Below the pieces are notes generated by a model. The model did no database searches and was not told where the DNA came from. It saw only the letters and a program-made list of their open reading frames with translations. Both the position numbers and the translations under genes were made by a program. A stretch of 64,000 nt of DNA, taken from an uncultured delta proteobacterium (GTDB taxonomy: Bacteria; Desulfobacterota; RBG-13-43-22). Of the stretch, positions 1 to 10,258 are shown one piece after another. The stretch is taken from positions 96,001 through 160,000 of the forward strand of contig CAWDKY010000030.1 in assembly GCA_963802945.1 (NCBI GenBank), in the 5' to 3' direction. Position 1 is the stretch's first letter; each line of letters begins with the position of its first letter.

Positions 1-1
1 C

Positions 2-1675
2 CAGAACTGGAAACAATACGCCGGATCCTTGCTGGTCTTTAATGCCGTCCTTTTCTCCTACGGCTATGTAGTCCTGGCCCTACAGCCCTGGATGCCATTG
101 AACCCCGACGGCAAGGGGATGATATCCCCCAGCACCATTTTTCAGGCCGTCACTTCGTTCATGACCAATACGGACCTCCAACACTATTCCGGAGAGCAAG
201 TTTTATCCAACTTCAGTCAGATTTTTTTCGGCATCTCCATGCTCTTCATATCGGCCGCGGTCGGCCTCAGTGCTCTGACTGCCATCATCCGGGCCTTACG
301 CAGTGACGCCAAGCTCGGCAATTATTTCCTGGATATGTGGCGAGCGGTGGTTTACATGTTCGTCCCCATCTGCATTGTCATAAGCTTCATGTTTATCTAC
401 CAAGGCAGCCCCATGACCTTCAAAAGCTCTTATCAGGTCTCCACCCTCGAGCCTGCGGCCCTGGGAACCACAGACAAAGGCGAGGTCAAGCAGCAGACCA
501 TCGTGGTCGGGCCGGTGGCGGCCTGGGAATCCATCAAGATGATCGGGACCAATGGGGGGGGGTTCCACGGTATGAACGCCGCACACCCCTTTGAAAATCC
601 CACCGGTTTGACGAATTTTGTAAACTGTCTGTCCATGATGATCTTCCCTTTTGCCCTGGTGTTTATGTACGGCCGGATGCTCAATCGCCAGCGACATGCC
701 TATATTATTTTTTCGGTCATGATGGTCTTAATGATCGGCACCATTGTCTGGTCAATCGCCTTTGACACCCTAAAACCCAACCCAGGGCTGACTGGTCATC
801 CCATGGCCAGAACCTTTGAGATCCCCAGCGCTACGGCACCAGGGGGAAAGCGGGTCGTATCCCTGCCGGCAGTCGCCGGCTTGCCGGTGGACCAGCACCT
901 GGGCAATCTTGAAGGCAAAGAAATGCGCTTCGGCACCTCGGCCGGAGCTACCTATGCCGCGGTGACGGTAGACGTGACTTGTGGATCTGTGAACGCCGAA
1001 GCCGATAGTCTCAACCCAGTTGCCGCCTTGTCGCCCATGGTCGGCATGTGGCTCAACTGCATTTACGGCGGCAAAGGGGTTGGAATGATCAACATGTTGA
1101 TCTACATCATCATCGGTATCTTCGTGGCCGGTATGATGGTGGGCAGGACGCCCGAGTATCTGGGCAAAAAAATCGGTGCCCGGGAGGTAAAGCTGGCCAT
1201 CGTCACCCTGCTGGTCCATCCGTTTTTGATTCTCCTCCCTACCGGACTCTTCGCGGCCACGACCTGGGGACTTCAAGCGGTCAGCAATCCCGGTGCCCAT
1301 GGTCTTTCACAAATGCTCTACCAGTTCTCTTCGGCTTCGGCCAATAACGGCTCGGCCTTTGATGGATTGGGGGTGGCCTATGGTTTGGCCAACAATCCGA
1401 ACCCGGCGCCGACAGCCATCCCCTGGAATATCGCCGCCGGTCTGGTGATGATTATCGGCCGCTATCTCCCGATTATTGCCCCGATGGCCATGGCGGCCTT
1501 TCTCGGAGCCAAAAAATCGAGTCCTTTTGGTCTGGGAACCCTGCGCACCGATACCGGTACCTTTGGCATCCTCTTGCTCGGAACGATTCTGATCATCGGG
1601 GCCTTGCTCTTCCTGCCGGTGGCCGTACTGGGCCCGATAGCCGAGCATTTCGGGCCTATCCCTTTCGGTGGCTAA
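2..1675 (+). CDS. kdpA: Potassium-transporting ATPase subunit A (5' partial, starts upstream of window)
   Basis: KdpA selectivity-filter motifs SFMTNTDLQHYSGE, IKMIGTNGGGF, GRTPEYLGKKI, SASANNGSAF; frame open from base 2 (QNWKQYAGSL...). Confidence 0.97.
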   Translation, partial: QNWKQYAGSLLVFNAVLFSYGYVVLALQPWMPLNPDGKGMISPSTIFQAVTSFMTNTDLQHYSGEQVLSNFSQIFFGISMLFISAAVGLSALTAIIRALRSDAKLGNYFLDMWRAVVYMFVPICIVISFMFIYQGSPMTFKSSYQVSTLEPAALGTTDKGEVKQQTIVVGPVAAWESIKMIGTNGGGFHGMNAAHPFENPTGLTNFVNCLSMMIFPFALVFMYGRMLNRQRHAYIIFSVMMVLMIGTIVWSIAFDTLKPNPGLTGHPMARTFEIPSATAPGGKRVVSLPAVAGLPVDQHLGNLEGKEMRFGTSAGATYAAVTVDVTCGSVNAEADSLNPVAALSPMVGMWLNCIYGGKGVGMINMLIYIIIGIFVAGMMVGRTPEYLGKKIGAREVKLAIVTLLVHPFLILLPTGLFAATTWGLQAVSNPGAHGLSQMLYQFSSASANNGSAFDGLGVAYGLANNPNPAPTAIPWNIAAGLVMIIGRYLPIIAPMAMAAFLGAKKSSPFGLGTLRTDTGTFGILLLGTILIIGALLFLPVAVLGPIAEHFGPIPFGG

Positions 1676-1757
1676 TTGGAGGATTGGAGTATTGGAGTAC
1701 TGGAATTTCGGAATGATGGTCTGAAAAAATCAATACTCCATCATGCCAGTACTCCAT
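1676..1757. repeat. Degenerate 8-mer tandem repeat (TTGGAGTA-like) with inverted partner arm, forming an intergenic hairpin
   Basis: ttggagga ttggagta ttggagta ctggaatt ... caatactcca tcatgcca gtactcca between kdpA and kdpB. Confidence 0.75.
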
Positions 1758-1784
1758 TAACTCATTTTAAAAAAGGAGTTTGAC

Positions 1785-3947
1785 ATGAATAACGAACCAA
1801 ATACATCTGAAGCCGTTTTGGAGAATCCTTTGGCTCCAGAGCAACCCCGCCCGTCTCGTCGTATAAAACGAAGAGGACTGTTGGAGAAGGGACCGGCCAT
1901 AGCGGCCTTGAAGCAGGCCGTTGTCATGTTGCGACCGGATATTCAGTGGAAAAATCCCGTCATGTTCGTGGTCGAGGTCGGAGCCGTGCTGACCCTTTTT
2001 TTCATTGTCCAGAAGGCCTGGGGCGGAGCGGCCAGCCAGATACCGATAAACTATTTTATTGCTCTTGATGCCTGGTTGTTTCTGACCGTGCTCTTTGCCA
2101 ACTTTGCTACGGCCCTGGCCGAGGCTCGGGGTAAGGCCCAGGCCCAATCACTCAGGCAGGCCCGTCACGACACGATAGCCTATCGCCTGAATCCGGCGGG
2201 CGGCATCGAGGAAGTTTCTTCAACGGCTTTGCAACCGGGCGATCGAGTGGTGGTGGAAGCCGGACAAACGATTCCCGGCGATGGGGAAATTATTGAAGGG
2301 GTCGCTACCGTCAACGAGTCGGCCATCACCGGCGAGTCGGCGCCGGTCATTCGCGCCGCAGGCAGCGATCGGTCCGGCGTGACCGGTGGCACCGTGGTCC
2401 TCTCCGATCGGATCGTTGTTCAGATCACCAGCGGCGCCGGCGATTCGTTCCTCGACAAGATGATCGTCCTAGTCGAGGGAGCCATCCGTCAGCGAAGTCC
2501 AAATGAAATCGCCTTGACCCTTTTGCTCTCGGCCTTTACCCTGGTTTTCTTGATTGTGGTCATTCCGATTTGGCCCATGGCCTGGAACGCCGAACAATAT
2601 ATGAAGGGCTACCTGGGTATCCAGGAACCCCTGAAAAGTCTCGGCACGGATATTCCTACCCTGATTGCCCTCTTGGTCTGTCTGATTCCCACCACTATTG
2701 GGGCCTTGCTGGCCGCCATCGGAATCGCCGGCATGGATCGCGCCCTGCAGGCCAACATCATCGCCAAAAGCGGTAAGGCCGTGGAAATGGCCGGGGACAT
2801 CGATATAGTGATGTTGGATAAGACCGGCACCATCACCGTAGGGAACCGGAATGCCACCACCTTCTTGCCGGTCGGTAAGTATTCGGCGGCCGATGTCGGG
2901 AAACTGGCTGCCCTGGCCTCGGCCGCTGATGAGACGCCCGAGGGGAAAAGCATCGTGGCCTTATTCGAAAAACAAACCGACTTCCCAACCATTGTGCCGC
3001 CTGAGGCACGGTTCGTGCCTTTTACCGCCCAAACCCGCATGAGCGGCATCGATCTTCCGGAAGGGCAGCAAATACGGAAAGGGGCCTCTGATGCCGTCAT
3101 CGAATTCGTCAAGAGCAACCACGGCAGCGTACCGGATGATCTCAGGGGATTGGTGGATTCAGTGGCCTCTAAAGGCGCTACTCCTCTGGTTGTGGCTGAT
3201 GGCCCTCAAATCGCCGGCTTAGTCGTTCTTGAGGATATTTTGAAACCCAACATACACGAGCGCTTTGAGCGTCTAAGAAAAATGGGGCTGCGGACCGTTA
3301 TGATCACCGGAGACAACCCGCTAACGGCGGCAACCATCGCTAAAGAGGCTGGCGTGGATGACTTTCTGGCCCAAGCCACACCGGAAACCAAGCTGGCTTA
3401 CATCCGGAAGGAGCAGGCTGCTGGAAAGCTGGTGGCCATGATGGGGGATGGCACGAACGATGCCCCGGCCTTGGCCCAGGCCGATGTGGCCCTGGCTATG
3501 AATGCCGGCACCCAGGCGGCCAAAGAAGCGGCCAATATGGTTGATCTGGACAGTGATCCCACCAAGTTAATTGAAGTAGTGGAAGTCGGAAAACAACTCC
3601 TGGTGACCAGAGGCTCCCTGACGACCTTCTCCATCGCCAACGACGTCGCTAAATACTTTGCCATCATTCCATCTCTGTTTGCGGGCACCTTACCCTGGTT
3701 GAAGATGATCGATATCATGCATCTCCATTCGGCCACCTCGGCCATCCTTTCGGCCGTAATCTTTAATGCCATCATCATCCCCTTACTCATTCCGGTGGCG
3801 CTCAAAGGAGTCAAATTCCGGCCCCTCGGCGCTGACGCTTTATTGCGCCGTAATATGTTGATCTGGGGACTGGGGGGGGTGATTTTACCTTTTATTGGCA
3901 TTAAGCTGATCGACCTCATTATGGCCGGTCTGCATTTGATCAGTTGA
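1785..3947 (+). CDS. kdpB: Potassium-transporting ATPase subunit B (P-type ATPase)
   Basis: [26 protein letters not shown] phosphorylation motif, [10 protein letters not shown]; RBS aaaggag upstream. Confidence 0.98.
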   Translation: MNNEPNTSEAVLENPLAPEQPRPSRRIKRRGLLEKGPAIAALKQAVVMLRPDIQWKNPVMFVVEVGAVLTLFFIVQKAWGGAASQIPINYFIALDAWLFLTVLFANFATALAEARGKAQAQSLRQARHDTIAYRLNPAGGIEEVSSTALQPGDRVVVEAGQTIPGDGEIIEGVATVNESAITGESAPVIRAAGSDRSGVTGGTVVLSDRIVVQITSGAGDSFLDKMIVLVEGAIRQRSPNEIALTLLLSAFTLVFLIVVIPIWPMAWNAEQYMKGYLGIQEPLKSLGTDIPTLIALLVCLIPTTIGALLAAIGIAGMDRALQANIIAKSGKAVEMAGDIDIVMLDKTGTITVGNRNATTFLPVGKYSAADVGKLAALASAADETPEGKSIVALFEKQTDFPTIVPPEARFVPFTAQTRMSGIDLPEGQQIRKGASDAVIEFVKSNHGSVPDDLRGLVDSVASKGATPLVVADGPQIAGLVVLEDILKPNIHERFERLRKMGLRTVMITGDNPLTAATIAKEAGVDDFLAQATPETKLAYIRKEQAAGKLVAMMGDGTNDAPALAQADVALAMNAGTQAAKEAANMVDLDSDPTKLIEVVEVGKQLLVTRGSLTTFSIANDVAKYFAIIPSLFAGTLPWLKMIDIMHLHSATSAILSAVIFNAIIIPLLIPVALKGVKFRPLGADALLRRNMLIWGLGGVILPFIGIKLIDLIMAGLHLIS

Positions 3948-3959
3948 CCCTACTGTGAA

Positions 3960-4151
3960 TTAACAGGATGCGGAAAAACTCATTTTTTACAGGTTGCTCA
4001 AAAAGGTCCAGATACAAGGCGCCCGAAACTCCGAGGAATGAGGCGTACATAGAAGTACGTCGCAATAAGCCTGCCCCGCTGAAAGGCGGGGAGGGATGAG
4101 GGCAATCCCGCCGTTGGCGGGATAGATGGGCCTTTTTCAGCAACCTGTTAA
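3960..4151. repeat. MITE/REP-like structured intergenic repeat, copy 1
   Basis: 22-bp imperfect inverted repeats acaggttgctcaaaaaggtcca / tgggcctttttcagcaacctgt; core caaggcgcccgaaa..ccgaggaatgag.cgtacatagaagtacgt shared with 31142-31281 and partly with 32955-33140. Confidence 0.85.
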
Positions 4152-4163
4152 GGAGACAAAAAC

Positions 4164-5178
4164 ATGTTACGATATCTTTCAAAAAGCCTTTGGTTGTTGT
4201 TAATCCTGGTAGTCATTTGCTGTGGTCTTTATCCAATGGTCTTGTGGACGATCGGACAGTCGCTCTTTCCCTTCCAGGCCAATGGCAGCCTGGTGCGAGG
4301 TCCCGACGGCAAGCCGGTGGGGTCACGACTCATTGCCCAGCCTTTTACCAAGGATGAATACTTCCAACCTCGTCCATCCGCAGCATCCTACGATGCCAGC
4401 GGCCTCAAATTCCTCGGCCTTGGCGCCTTCCAACTACGCCTTGCGCGACCGGGTCGCCCGCACCCTCGGGCCGATTGTCAAATATCGAAGCGGTTCCAAA
4501 GCCGGACAACTCGTAGCACCGGACATCGAAAGCTGGTTTCAAAAGGATAAGTTTCAGGGCAGCCCGCACATCGTGGCCCAGTGGGCCGACCTGCACAACG
4601 CCCTGGCCCAGGCCTGGGTCAAGGCCGATCCAAAAAACAGCGCCTATGTGGATGCCTGGGCCAAGGCCCATCCCGCCTTAGTGACCCAATGGATCAAGGG
4701 GAATCCAACCACTCCCCAACCGAAGGCTCCCGACCTGGCGGTTTTGTTTTTCGAAAACTTTTCCAAAGGAAACCCCAGCAAGTTTCCTTCAGCCGTCACC
4801 CATAAAGGGGTCGATGGAAAAGAAGTAGCCACCATCGAGCCGATCCAGGAGGGCTCGGACATTCAGTCGATCTTCTTTGATATGTGGCGTCAGGAACATC
4901 CCGAGGCCGACCTCCAGGATGTACCCGGCGATCTGGTTACCGCTTCCGCTTCAGGGCTCGATCCTCATATCACCCTTCAGAATGCCGAATTTCAGCTCGA
5001 ACGCGTTGCCTCAAAATGGGCGGCTAACCTAAAACGCGACCCAAGTCTTGTTCGTAAAGAGATCGAGCAGATATTGCGGAAAAACTCCTCAGCGCCCTTT
5101 GGAGGTCTTGCCGGCGAGAAATTCATTAATGTGCTTGAAGTCAATCTTGAACTAATTAAACGATTCGGAAGGCCATGA
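4164..5178 (+). CDS. kdpC: Potassium-transporting ATPase subunit C, long form (~338 aa), one frameshift near 4401
   Basis: N-terminal TM + FPFQANGS, GSRLIAQPF, YFQPRPSA in ORF 4164; SALAPSN, DLVTASASGLDPHI, INVLEVNLEL in ORF 4222; removing one G in agcggcctca joins the two frames. Confidence 0.9.
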
Positions 5179-5236
5179 CCGCACAGGTGTAATAAAGGGA
5201 TTGATCATCCGGCCCGAATAAGAAGGAAAATCTTTC

Positions 5237-5264
5237 TTGCAAATAAAAATCGATCTCTTACAAT
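5237..5264 (+). promoter_or_regulatory. Putative sigma70 promoter for the sensor-kinase genes
   Basis: TTGCAA-16 bp-TACAAT upstream of 5336. Confidence 0.4.
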
Positions 5265-5335
5265 AATTAGATTAAGAAATAACTTGGCCTGGTACTGGCG
5301 ATAGTTAAAGGTCATTAACTAAGAAAAGGATAGTC

Positions 5336-7165
5336 ATGTTAGGTCTTCGCCAAAAATTATCCCTCGGGTTTGCAGGCCTTCTGGTCATTATCCTGGTTAT
5401 CGGAATCCAGAGCATTGTTCATCTCAGTAATCTGGGAGAATCCATCGATGTCATACTGAGGGAAAACTATCAAAGTGTCATCGCCTGCCAGGAAATGAAA
5501 GAAGCCCTGGAACGCATAGACAGCGGAGTACTATTTACCCTTCAAGGATACACCCAGAAGGGAAATGAACTGATCGGTAAAAATAAGCAAGCCTTTGAAA
5601 AGGCCCTTCGGATTGAGCTGAATACTATTACCCTTGCCGGAGAAGGGGAAAAAGCAAATCTTCTAAAACAACAATTTGGCCGGTACGAAATGATGCTCAA
5701 AGAGATAGAGGATGGAAGCCTTTCCATAGCTGTTCGCCGCCAAAACTATTTCAGCCGACTACTTCCTTTATTCTATTCCATTAAAAACACGGCTGATGAA
5801 ATCCTTCAAATGAATCAGCAAAATATGAGTGAAGCCAATGATCGGGCGCGCCGCCATGCCGCCGCCGCCAAAAGAGGGATGTATATTCTTTTATTGGTGG
5901 GGACGCTCATCGCCGTGGGGTTTATATTTTTTATCGGTAAATGGGTCCTCCGTCCCATCAATCGTCTCATTGTTTCGGCCAATGAAATCAAGAAGGGAAA
6001 TCTGGATTTATGGGTTCAAAGCAGTTCCCGCGACGAAATCGGCCGTCTCTCCGAAGCCTTCAATGAAATGGCGGCCGGCATTCGAGAGTTCCGTCGGTCC
6101 AACCGATCCAAACTATTTCGTATCCAGCAGGCCACCCAACAGGCCTTTAGCAGCCTACCGGAAGCCGTAGCGGTTATTGACCCGGAAGGCAAGGTGGAGG
6201 TAGCCACGGAAGCGGCCAAGAATTTTTTTGGCTTGCAGCCCAACACCCCCATCAAAGATTTGCCTCTTGAATGGCTAAACGGTTTGATCCAGGAAGCCCT
6301 TAAGCTGGGCCGCATATCAGAGCCCAAAGGCAATCAAACGGTCATCCAACATTTTATCCAAGGAGAAGAGCGCTACTTTCGCCCCGAGGCGGTGCCCATC
6401 CTGGATAGTGAAAGACAACCCACCGGGGTCGTCCTGGTCCTTAAGGACGTCACCCAGCTCAGACAGCAGGATGAAATAAAAAGAGGCATGATCTCCACCG
6501 TGTCCCATCAGCTCAAAACGCCTCTCACTTCCATTCGTATGGCCATCCATCTGCTGTTGGAAGAAAAAGTAGGTTCCCTCACGGAACAACAAGTCGATCT
6601 TCTTTTAACAGCCCGGGAAGACAGCGACCGGCTGCATAATATCCTCAACAACCTGCTGGATATCAGCCGCATCGAATCCGGAAAGACCAAAATGGAATTT
6701 CAGGCGGCTTCCCCGAATTCCATTCAACTGGAAGCCCTGGAGCCCTTTTGGAGGGCAGCCCACGACCAAGGAGTGACTCTTAGCGTCGAGATACCGGGAG
6801 ATTTGCCTGAAGTTTGGGCCGACTCGACCAGAATCTACTATGTCATCGGCAATCTCCTTTCCAATGCCCTCAGATACACTCCACACGGCGGTAAGATCAC
6901 CTTTTCGGCCCAGGCGGAAGAAAAGGAGGTCCGTTTTTTTATCGCTGATACGGGAAAAGGGATTCCCAGGCAGTATCTCCCCAGAATTTTTGAACAATTT
7001 TTTCGGGTCCCCGGCCAGGAAAAGGAATCAGGGGCCGGTCTTGGACTGGCCATTGTTAAAGAGATCATCGAAGCCCATGGCGGGACAGTGAGTGTTGAAA
7101 GTCAGGAAGGCCAGGGAAGCACCTTCGCCTTCACTCTAAGAAGGGTGGAACAGGCATCTGATTAG
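5336..7165 (+). CDS. Sensor histidine kinase (TM-periplasmic helical bundle-TM-HAMP-PAS-HisKA-HATPase), Kdp-associated
   Basis: H-box SHQLKTPLT, N-box NLLSNALRY, G1 DTGKGI, G2 GAGLGLAI; HAMP DEIGRLSEAFNEM. Confidence 0.92.
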   Translation: MLGLRQKLSLGFAGLLVIILVIGIQSIVHLSNLGESIDVILRENYQSVIACQEMKEALERIDSGVLFTLQGYTQKGNELIGKNKQAFEKALRIELNTITLAGEGEKANLLKQQFGRYEMMLKEIEDGSLSIAVRRQNYFSRLLPLFYSIKNTADEILQMNQQNMSEANDRARRHAAAAKRGMYILLLVGTLIAVGFIFFIGKWVLRPINRLIVSANEIKKGNLDLWVQSSSRDEIGRLSEAFNEMAAGIREFRRSNRSKLFRIQQATQQAFSSLPEAVAVIDPEGKVEVATEAAKNFFGLQPNTPIKDLPLEWLNGLIQEALKLGRISEPKGNQTVIQHFIQGEERYFRPEAVPILDSERQPTGVVLVLKDVTQLRQQDEIKRGMISTVSHQLKTPLTSIRMAIHLLLEEKVGSLTEQQVDLLLTAREDSDRLHNILNNLLDISRIESGKTKMEFQAASPNSIQLEALEPFWRAAHDQGVTLSVEIPGDLPEVWADSTRIYYVIGNLLSNALRYTPHGGKITFSAQAEEKEVRFFIADTGKGIPRQYLPRIFEQFFRVPGQEKESGAGLGLAIVKEIIEAHGGTVSVESQEGQGSTFAFTLRRVEQASD

Positions 7166-7288
7166 ATGCTTAACGGCGACTTGAGGAGAAATTGGAAATC
7201 GGATTTCGATATTCGAACTGGGTGGCGGCCAGAATCCGGCCCTGGTCCCTGGATCGGATTACGAAATAAGAACACATAGGAGAAGGCT

Positions 7289-8137
7289 ATGAATGGTGAC
7301 ATTTTAAAACCAGATGAATTTCAACCCCGAAAGGTCCGTTTGTCCGATTATGAAACGGGCTTCCTGCTTTTTGTTTTGGCTACCCTACTCTGTTTTTTAA
7401 TGTACCCCTACTTTCACCTCAGTAATCTCATCATGATCTATTTATTGGAGGTGATGATAACGGCCGTCAGCTGTGGGCGAGGCCCGGCTGTCCTAAATTC
7501 TCTTCTAAACGTTCTGGCCTTTGATTTCTTCTTTGTCCCGCCCCGTTTTTCATTCACCGTGGAAGAGGCCCAGTACATTGTTACCTTCATCGTGATGTTT
7601 CTGGTTGCCTTGGTCATCAGTCACCTGACGAACCGTTTAAGGCAACAGGCCCTACTTGCCCGAATACAAGAGCGGCAGGCAACCGCCCTGCATGGTCTCA
7701 GTCGCCAACTCGCCAGTACCCGAGGGATGAAAGAGATTTTCCAGGTGGCCGTGAAGTATCTTTCCGAGATTTTTGATTGCCCAGTTATGGCTTTACGACT
7801 GAACGAACAGGATAAGTTTGAGGTAGCTGCCGGGGACCTCTCTTCAATTCTTCATCAGGATATCATGAAAGAAATAAATATCGCCCGCCAGGCTTATAAT
7901 ACCGGACAAATAACCGGGGTGGGAACACAATCCTCTTTGACAACCGAAAATCTATATATACCCATTCGAGCGACTGATTATATCTCTGGTATTTTAGTCC
8001 TCCGCCCCTCAGATCGGGAACAATTTCAATATCCCCGGCAATTGACACTTTTGGAATCATTAGTCAAACAAATTGCTCTGACTTTGGAAGTAGAACACAT
8101 CAACGAAAGCAAAAAATTCAGAGAGATGGAAGCTTAA
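7289..8137 (+). CDS. Stand-alone KdpD membrane (DUF4118) + GAF module without kinase domain
   Basis: SNLIMIYLL, AFDFFFVPPRFSFTV, YIVTFIVMFLVALVISHLT followed by GAF-like region, as in the central part of KdpD. Confidence 0.85.
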   Translation: MNGDILKPDEFQPRKVRLSDYETGFLLFVLATLLCFLMYPYFHLSNLIMIYLLEVMITAVSCGRGPAVLNSLLNVLAFDFFFVPPRFSFTVEEAQYIVTFIVMFLVALVISHLTNRLRQQALLARIQERQATALHGLSRQLASTRGMKEIFQVAVKYLSEIFDCPVMALRLNEQDKFEVAAGDLSSILHQDIMKEINIARQAYNTGQITGVGTQSSLTTENLYIPIRATDYISGILVLRPSDREQFQYPRQLTLLESLVKQIALTLEVEHINESKKFREMEA

Positions 8138-8154
8138 GAAAAATTCTGTATCTT

Positions 8155-9357
8155 ATGAGTGACGACAGAGCCAATGCCTTTCTGAGAATGATCCGTCACG
8201 CCCAGCGCGGCCGGTTGAAGGTCTATCTGGGCTATTGTCCGGGGGTAGGGAAAACCTATCAAATGTTACAAGAAGGTCACCGGCTTAAAAAAGATGGGAT
8301 CGACGTCGTTATCGGACTTATTGAAACCCATGGCCGGGTCGATATCGCCAAACTGGCCGAAGGGCTGGAGGTCGTCCCCAGGCGTCGGCAGGAATACCGC
8401 GGCGTTCCCGTGGAAGAAATGGATGTTGATGCGATCCTGGCGCGCAAACCCCAATTGGCCCTGATCGATGAATTGGCCCATACCAATGTTCCCGGGAGCC
8501 CGAATCCAAAACGCTATCAGGATGTTCAGGATATCTTGGCCGCTGGGATCCATGTCATCACCACCTTGAACGTACAACATTTGGAAAGCCTTTATAACCT
8601 GGTGGAAAAGGCCGTGGGGGTCAAGGTCCGGGAGCGTCTTCCCGATTCGGTTCTGGCTGAAGCGGACCAGATCGTCGACGTAGATTTGTCCACCGAAGAT
8701 CTGCAAAAACGACTGGAAGAAGGGAAGATCTATTCTCAAGAGCGTATCCCGATGGCGATGAGTAATTTTTTTAGGACTTCGAATCTGGAAAAGCTCCGGG
8801 AATTGACCCTTCGAGAACTTGCCTCCCAGATCGATTTGAGAAGGCGGGAAACGGAATCCAAAGAGATGGATGCCACACCTGCCTCAGACCAGGTGATGGT
8901 CTGTCTGAGCTCACGCGGCCCCAATAGCGACAAGTTGTTGCGTTATGCCTCCCGCCTGGCCGGAAAATTGAACCAAAACTGGTATGCCGTCTATGTTCAA
9001 ACCCCTTCCGAGGAAGCCACGGTCATCGAGGCCCGCACCCAGCGTCTGCTTTCCGACACCCTGACCTTGGCCAAACAATTAGGTGCCCTGGTTTTTACGT
9101 ATAAGGGAGAAGACATTGCGGATACCATCCTTAGGTTTGCCAAGGAATACCGGGTTGGGCACATTGTGATCGGGAAACCGGGACCAAAACCTTTCTTTAA
9201 AAAATTCGGAAAGAATAAAAACATTGTGGGAAATCTTGTCAAAAATGCCCGGGGGGTCACAATGGTCGTACTGGATACCCGCGAAGAGCAATTAAGCCCG
9301 GTCATGGATCGTCAAGGCATCCCGGAAACGACCTTGCCGGCCTCACCCTCAGCCTGA
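8155..9357 (+). CDS. kdpD: KdpD N-terminal (KdpD) domain + Usp domain, cytoplasmic
   Basis: GRLKVYLGYCPGVGKTYQML Walker-A-like motif, IDELAHTN, TTLNVQHLESL, LRELTLR; Usp region VMVCLSSRG...IVIGK. Confidence 0.9.
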   Translation: MSDDRANAFLRMIRHAQRGRLKVYLGYCPGVGKTYQMLQEGHRLKKDGIDVVIGLIETHGRVDIAKLAEGLEVVPRRRQEYRGVPVEEMDVDAILARKPQLALIDELAHTNVPGSPNPKRYQDVQDILAAGIHVITTLNVQHLESLYNLVEKAVGVKVRERLPDSVLAEADQIVDVDLSTEDLQKRLEEGKIYSQERIPMAMSNFFRTSNLEKLRELTLRELASQIDLRRRETESKEMDATPASDQVMVCLSSRGPNSDKLLRYASRLAGKLNQNWYAVYVQTPSEEATVIEARTQRLLSDTLTLAKQLGALVFTYKGEDIADTILRFAKEYRVGHIVIGKPGPKPFFKKFGKNKNIVGNLVKNARGVTMVVLDTREEQLSPVMDRQGIPETTLPASPSA

Positions 9358-9401
9358 AATCAAACCTATACCCCAGAAGCCGTTGATGTTGCATCAATTC
9401 C

Positions 9402-9839
9402 TTGACTCCGCAACGTATTCTCATTTGGGATCAGCCGGTCCCCAAAGAGATGATACTTCAACAACTCGTGGAAGCCGCGGCTAAACAGAAAGAGATCGGC
9501 GATCCGGAGATCGTATTGAAAGAGGTTTTGAAGCGGGAAGAACAGGGATCGACCTTTTTTAACGAAGGCGCGGCCTTCCCCCATGCCAGGATAAAGGGTC
9601 TCTCTTCTCCGATAGTCGCCCTGGGATTCCCCAGAAAAGGCGTCTCGGATATAGCTACCGATAAACCTATTGAAATCGTGTTTTTAATCCTTTCTCCCGC
9701 CGATGCTCCAGATACCCAGGTTAAAGTTTTAGGTCTGGCCAGCCGCGCCGCTTTAAACAGATCCCTACTGCAAAATTTCAAATCTGCCCAATCCCCGGAA
9801 GAAGTGTTATCCGCAATCCGCAATTGGGAAATCGAGTAA
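9402..9839 (+). CDS. PTS EIIA (Ntr/fructose-type) domain; possibly the C-terminal domain of the preceding KdpD-Usp protein
   Basis: REEQGST...GAAFPHAR phospho-His motif, IVFLILSP; TTG start without clear RBS. Confidence 0.8.
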   Translation: MTPQRILIWDQPVPKEMILQQLVEAAAKQKEIGDPEIVLKEVLKREEQGSTFFNEGAAFPHARIKGLSSPIVALGFPRKGVSDIATDKPIEIVFLILSPADAPDTQVKVLGLASRAALNRSLLQNFKSAQSPEEVLSAIRNWEIE

Positions 9840-9864
9840 AAATCCACATAGTTTTCAGATCACT

Positions 9865-10079
9865 GTGCCGGAGTGGGGTCTGTTTTTTCCCCGTTACTTA
9901 TCGATTAATAAACGCACCTGGTCAGGCTTGGTTTTCGGGACAGGATATTTTGAGCAGAAATCCAGAAAATATCTAAGCCATTTTTTAAAGTCCGCGCGCA
10001 GTGTCGGTGCAACGGTTCTTTTTTCAAGAACAGCGTCAAACCTCGACAGAACGGTATCCGGGATGGGCAGCATCGGCAT
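9865..10079 (-). pseudogene. intI: Truncated integron integrase (N-terminal SAM-like extension only)
   Basis: MLPIP...FDAVLEKR..ADFKKWLRYFLDFCSKY..DQVRLLIDK*RG/KKQTP resembles from memory the N-terminal extension of deltaproteobacterial IntI; divergent from a cassette array; no catalytic domain follows. Confidence 0.7.
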
Positions 10080-10176
10080 TGAACAGTTAACCTCCTAAGA
10101 AGTTAAATACAATATTGAACAACCTAAGTAAAATAATAATATCAGATAGATTTATCAATAACATTTAAATTAAATA

Positions 10177-10205
10177 TTGACAATCACAGAACTTGTTGAT
10201 ATTAT
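10177..10205 (+). promoter_or_regulatory. Cassette promoter Pc (sigma70, extended -10)
   Basis: TTGACA-17 bp-TATTAT with TG motif, immediately upstream of attI core. Confidence 0.75.
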
Positions 10206-10235
10206 GAAAGGAAACTATTCAATATATTGTTATGG
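10206..10235 (+). other. attI-like site, core GTTATGG at 10229-10235
   Basis: GTTATGG is the exact reverse complement of the R'' box CCATAAC (10830-10836) closing cassette 1; left boundary approximate. Confidence 0.7.
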
Positions 10236-10258
10236 TTTATCGAGAAGGGAGTAAAAAA

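Noticed and set aside
3940-4182. 80-aa ORF (and similar ORFs at 31229-31465, 11541-11882, 14620-14847)
   Set aside because: These are translations across repeat elements or attC sites with no coding signals.
9355-9357. Selenocysteine or readthrough at the kdpD TGA to reach EIIA
   Set aside because: The same frame meets another TGA at 9403, EIIA is in a different frame, and the position is not a Cys site.
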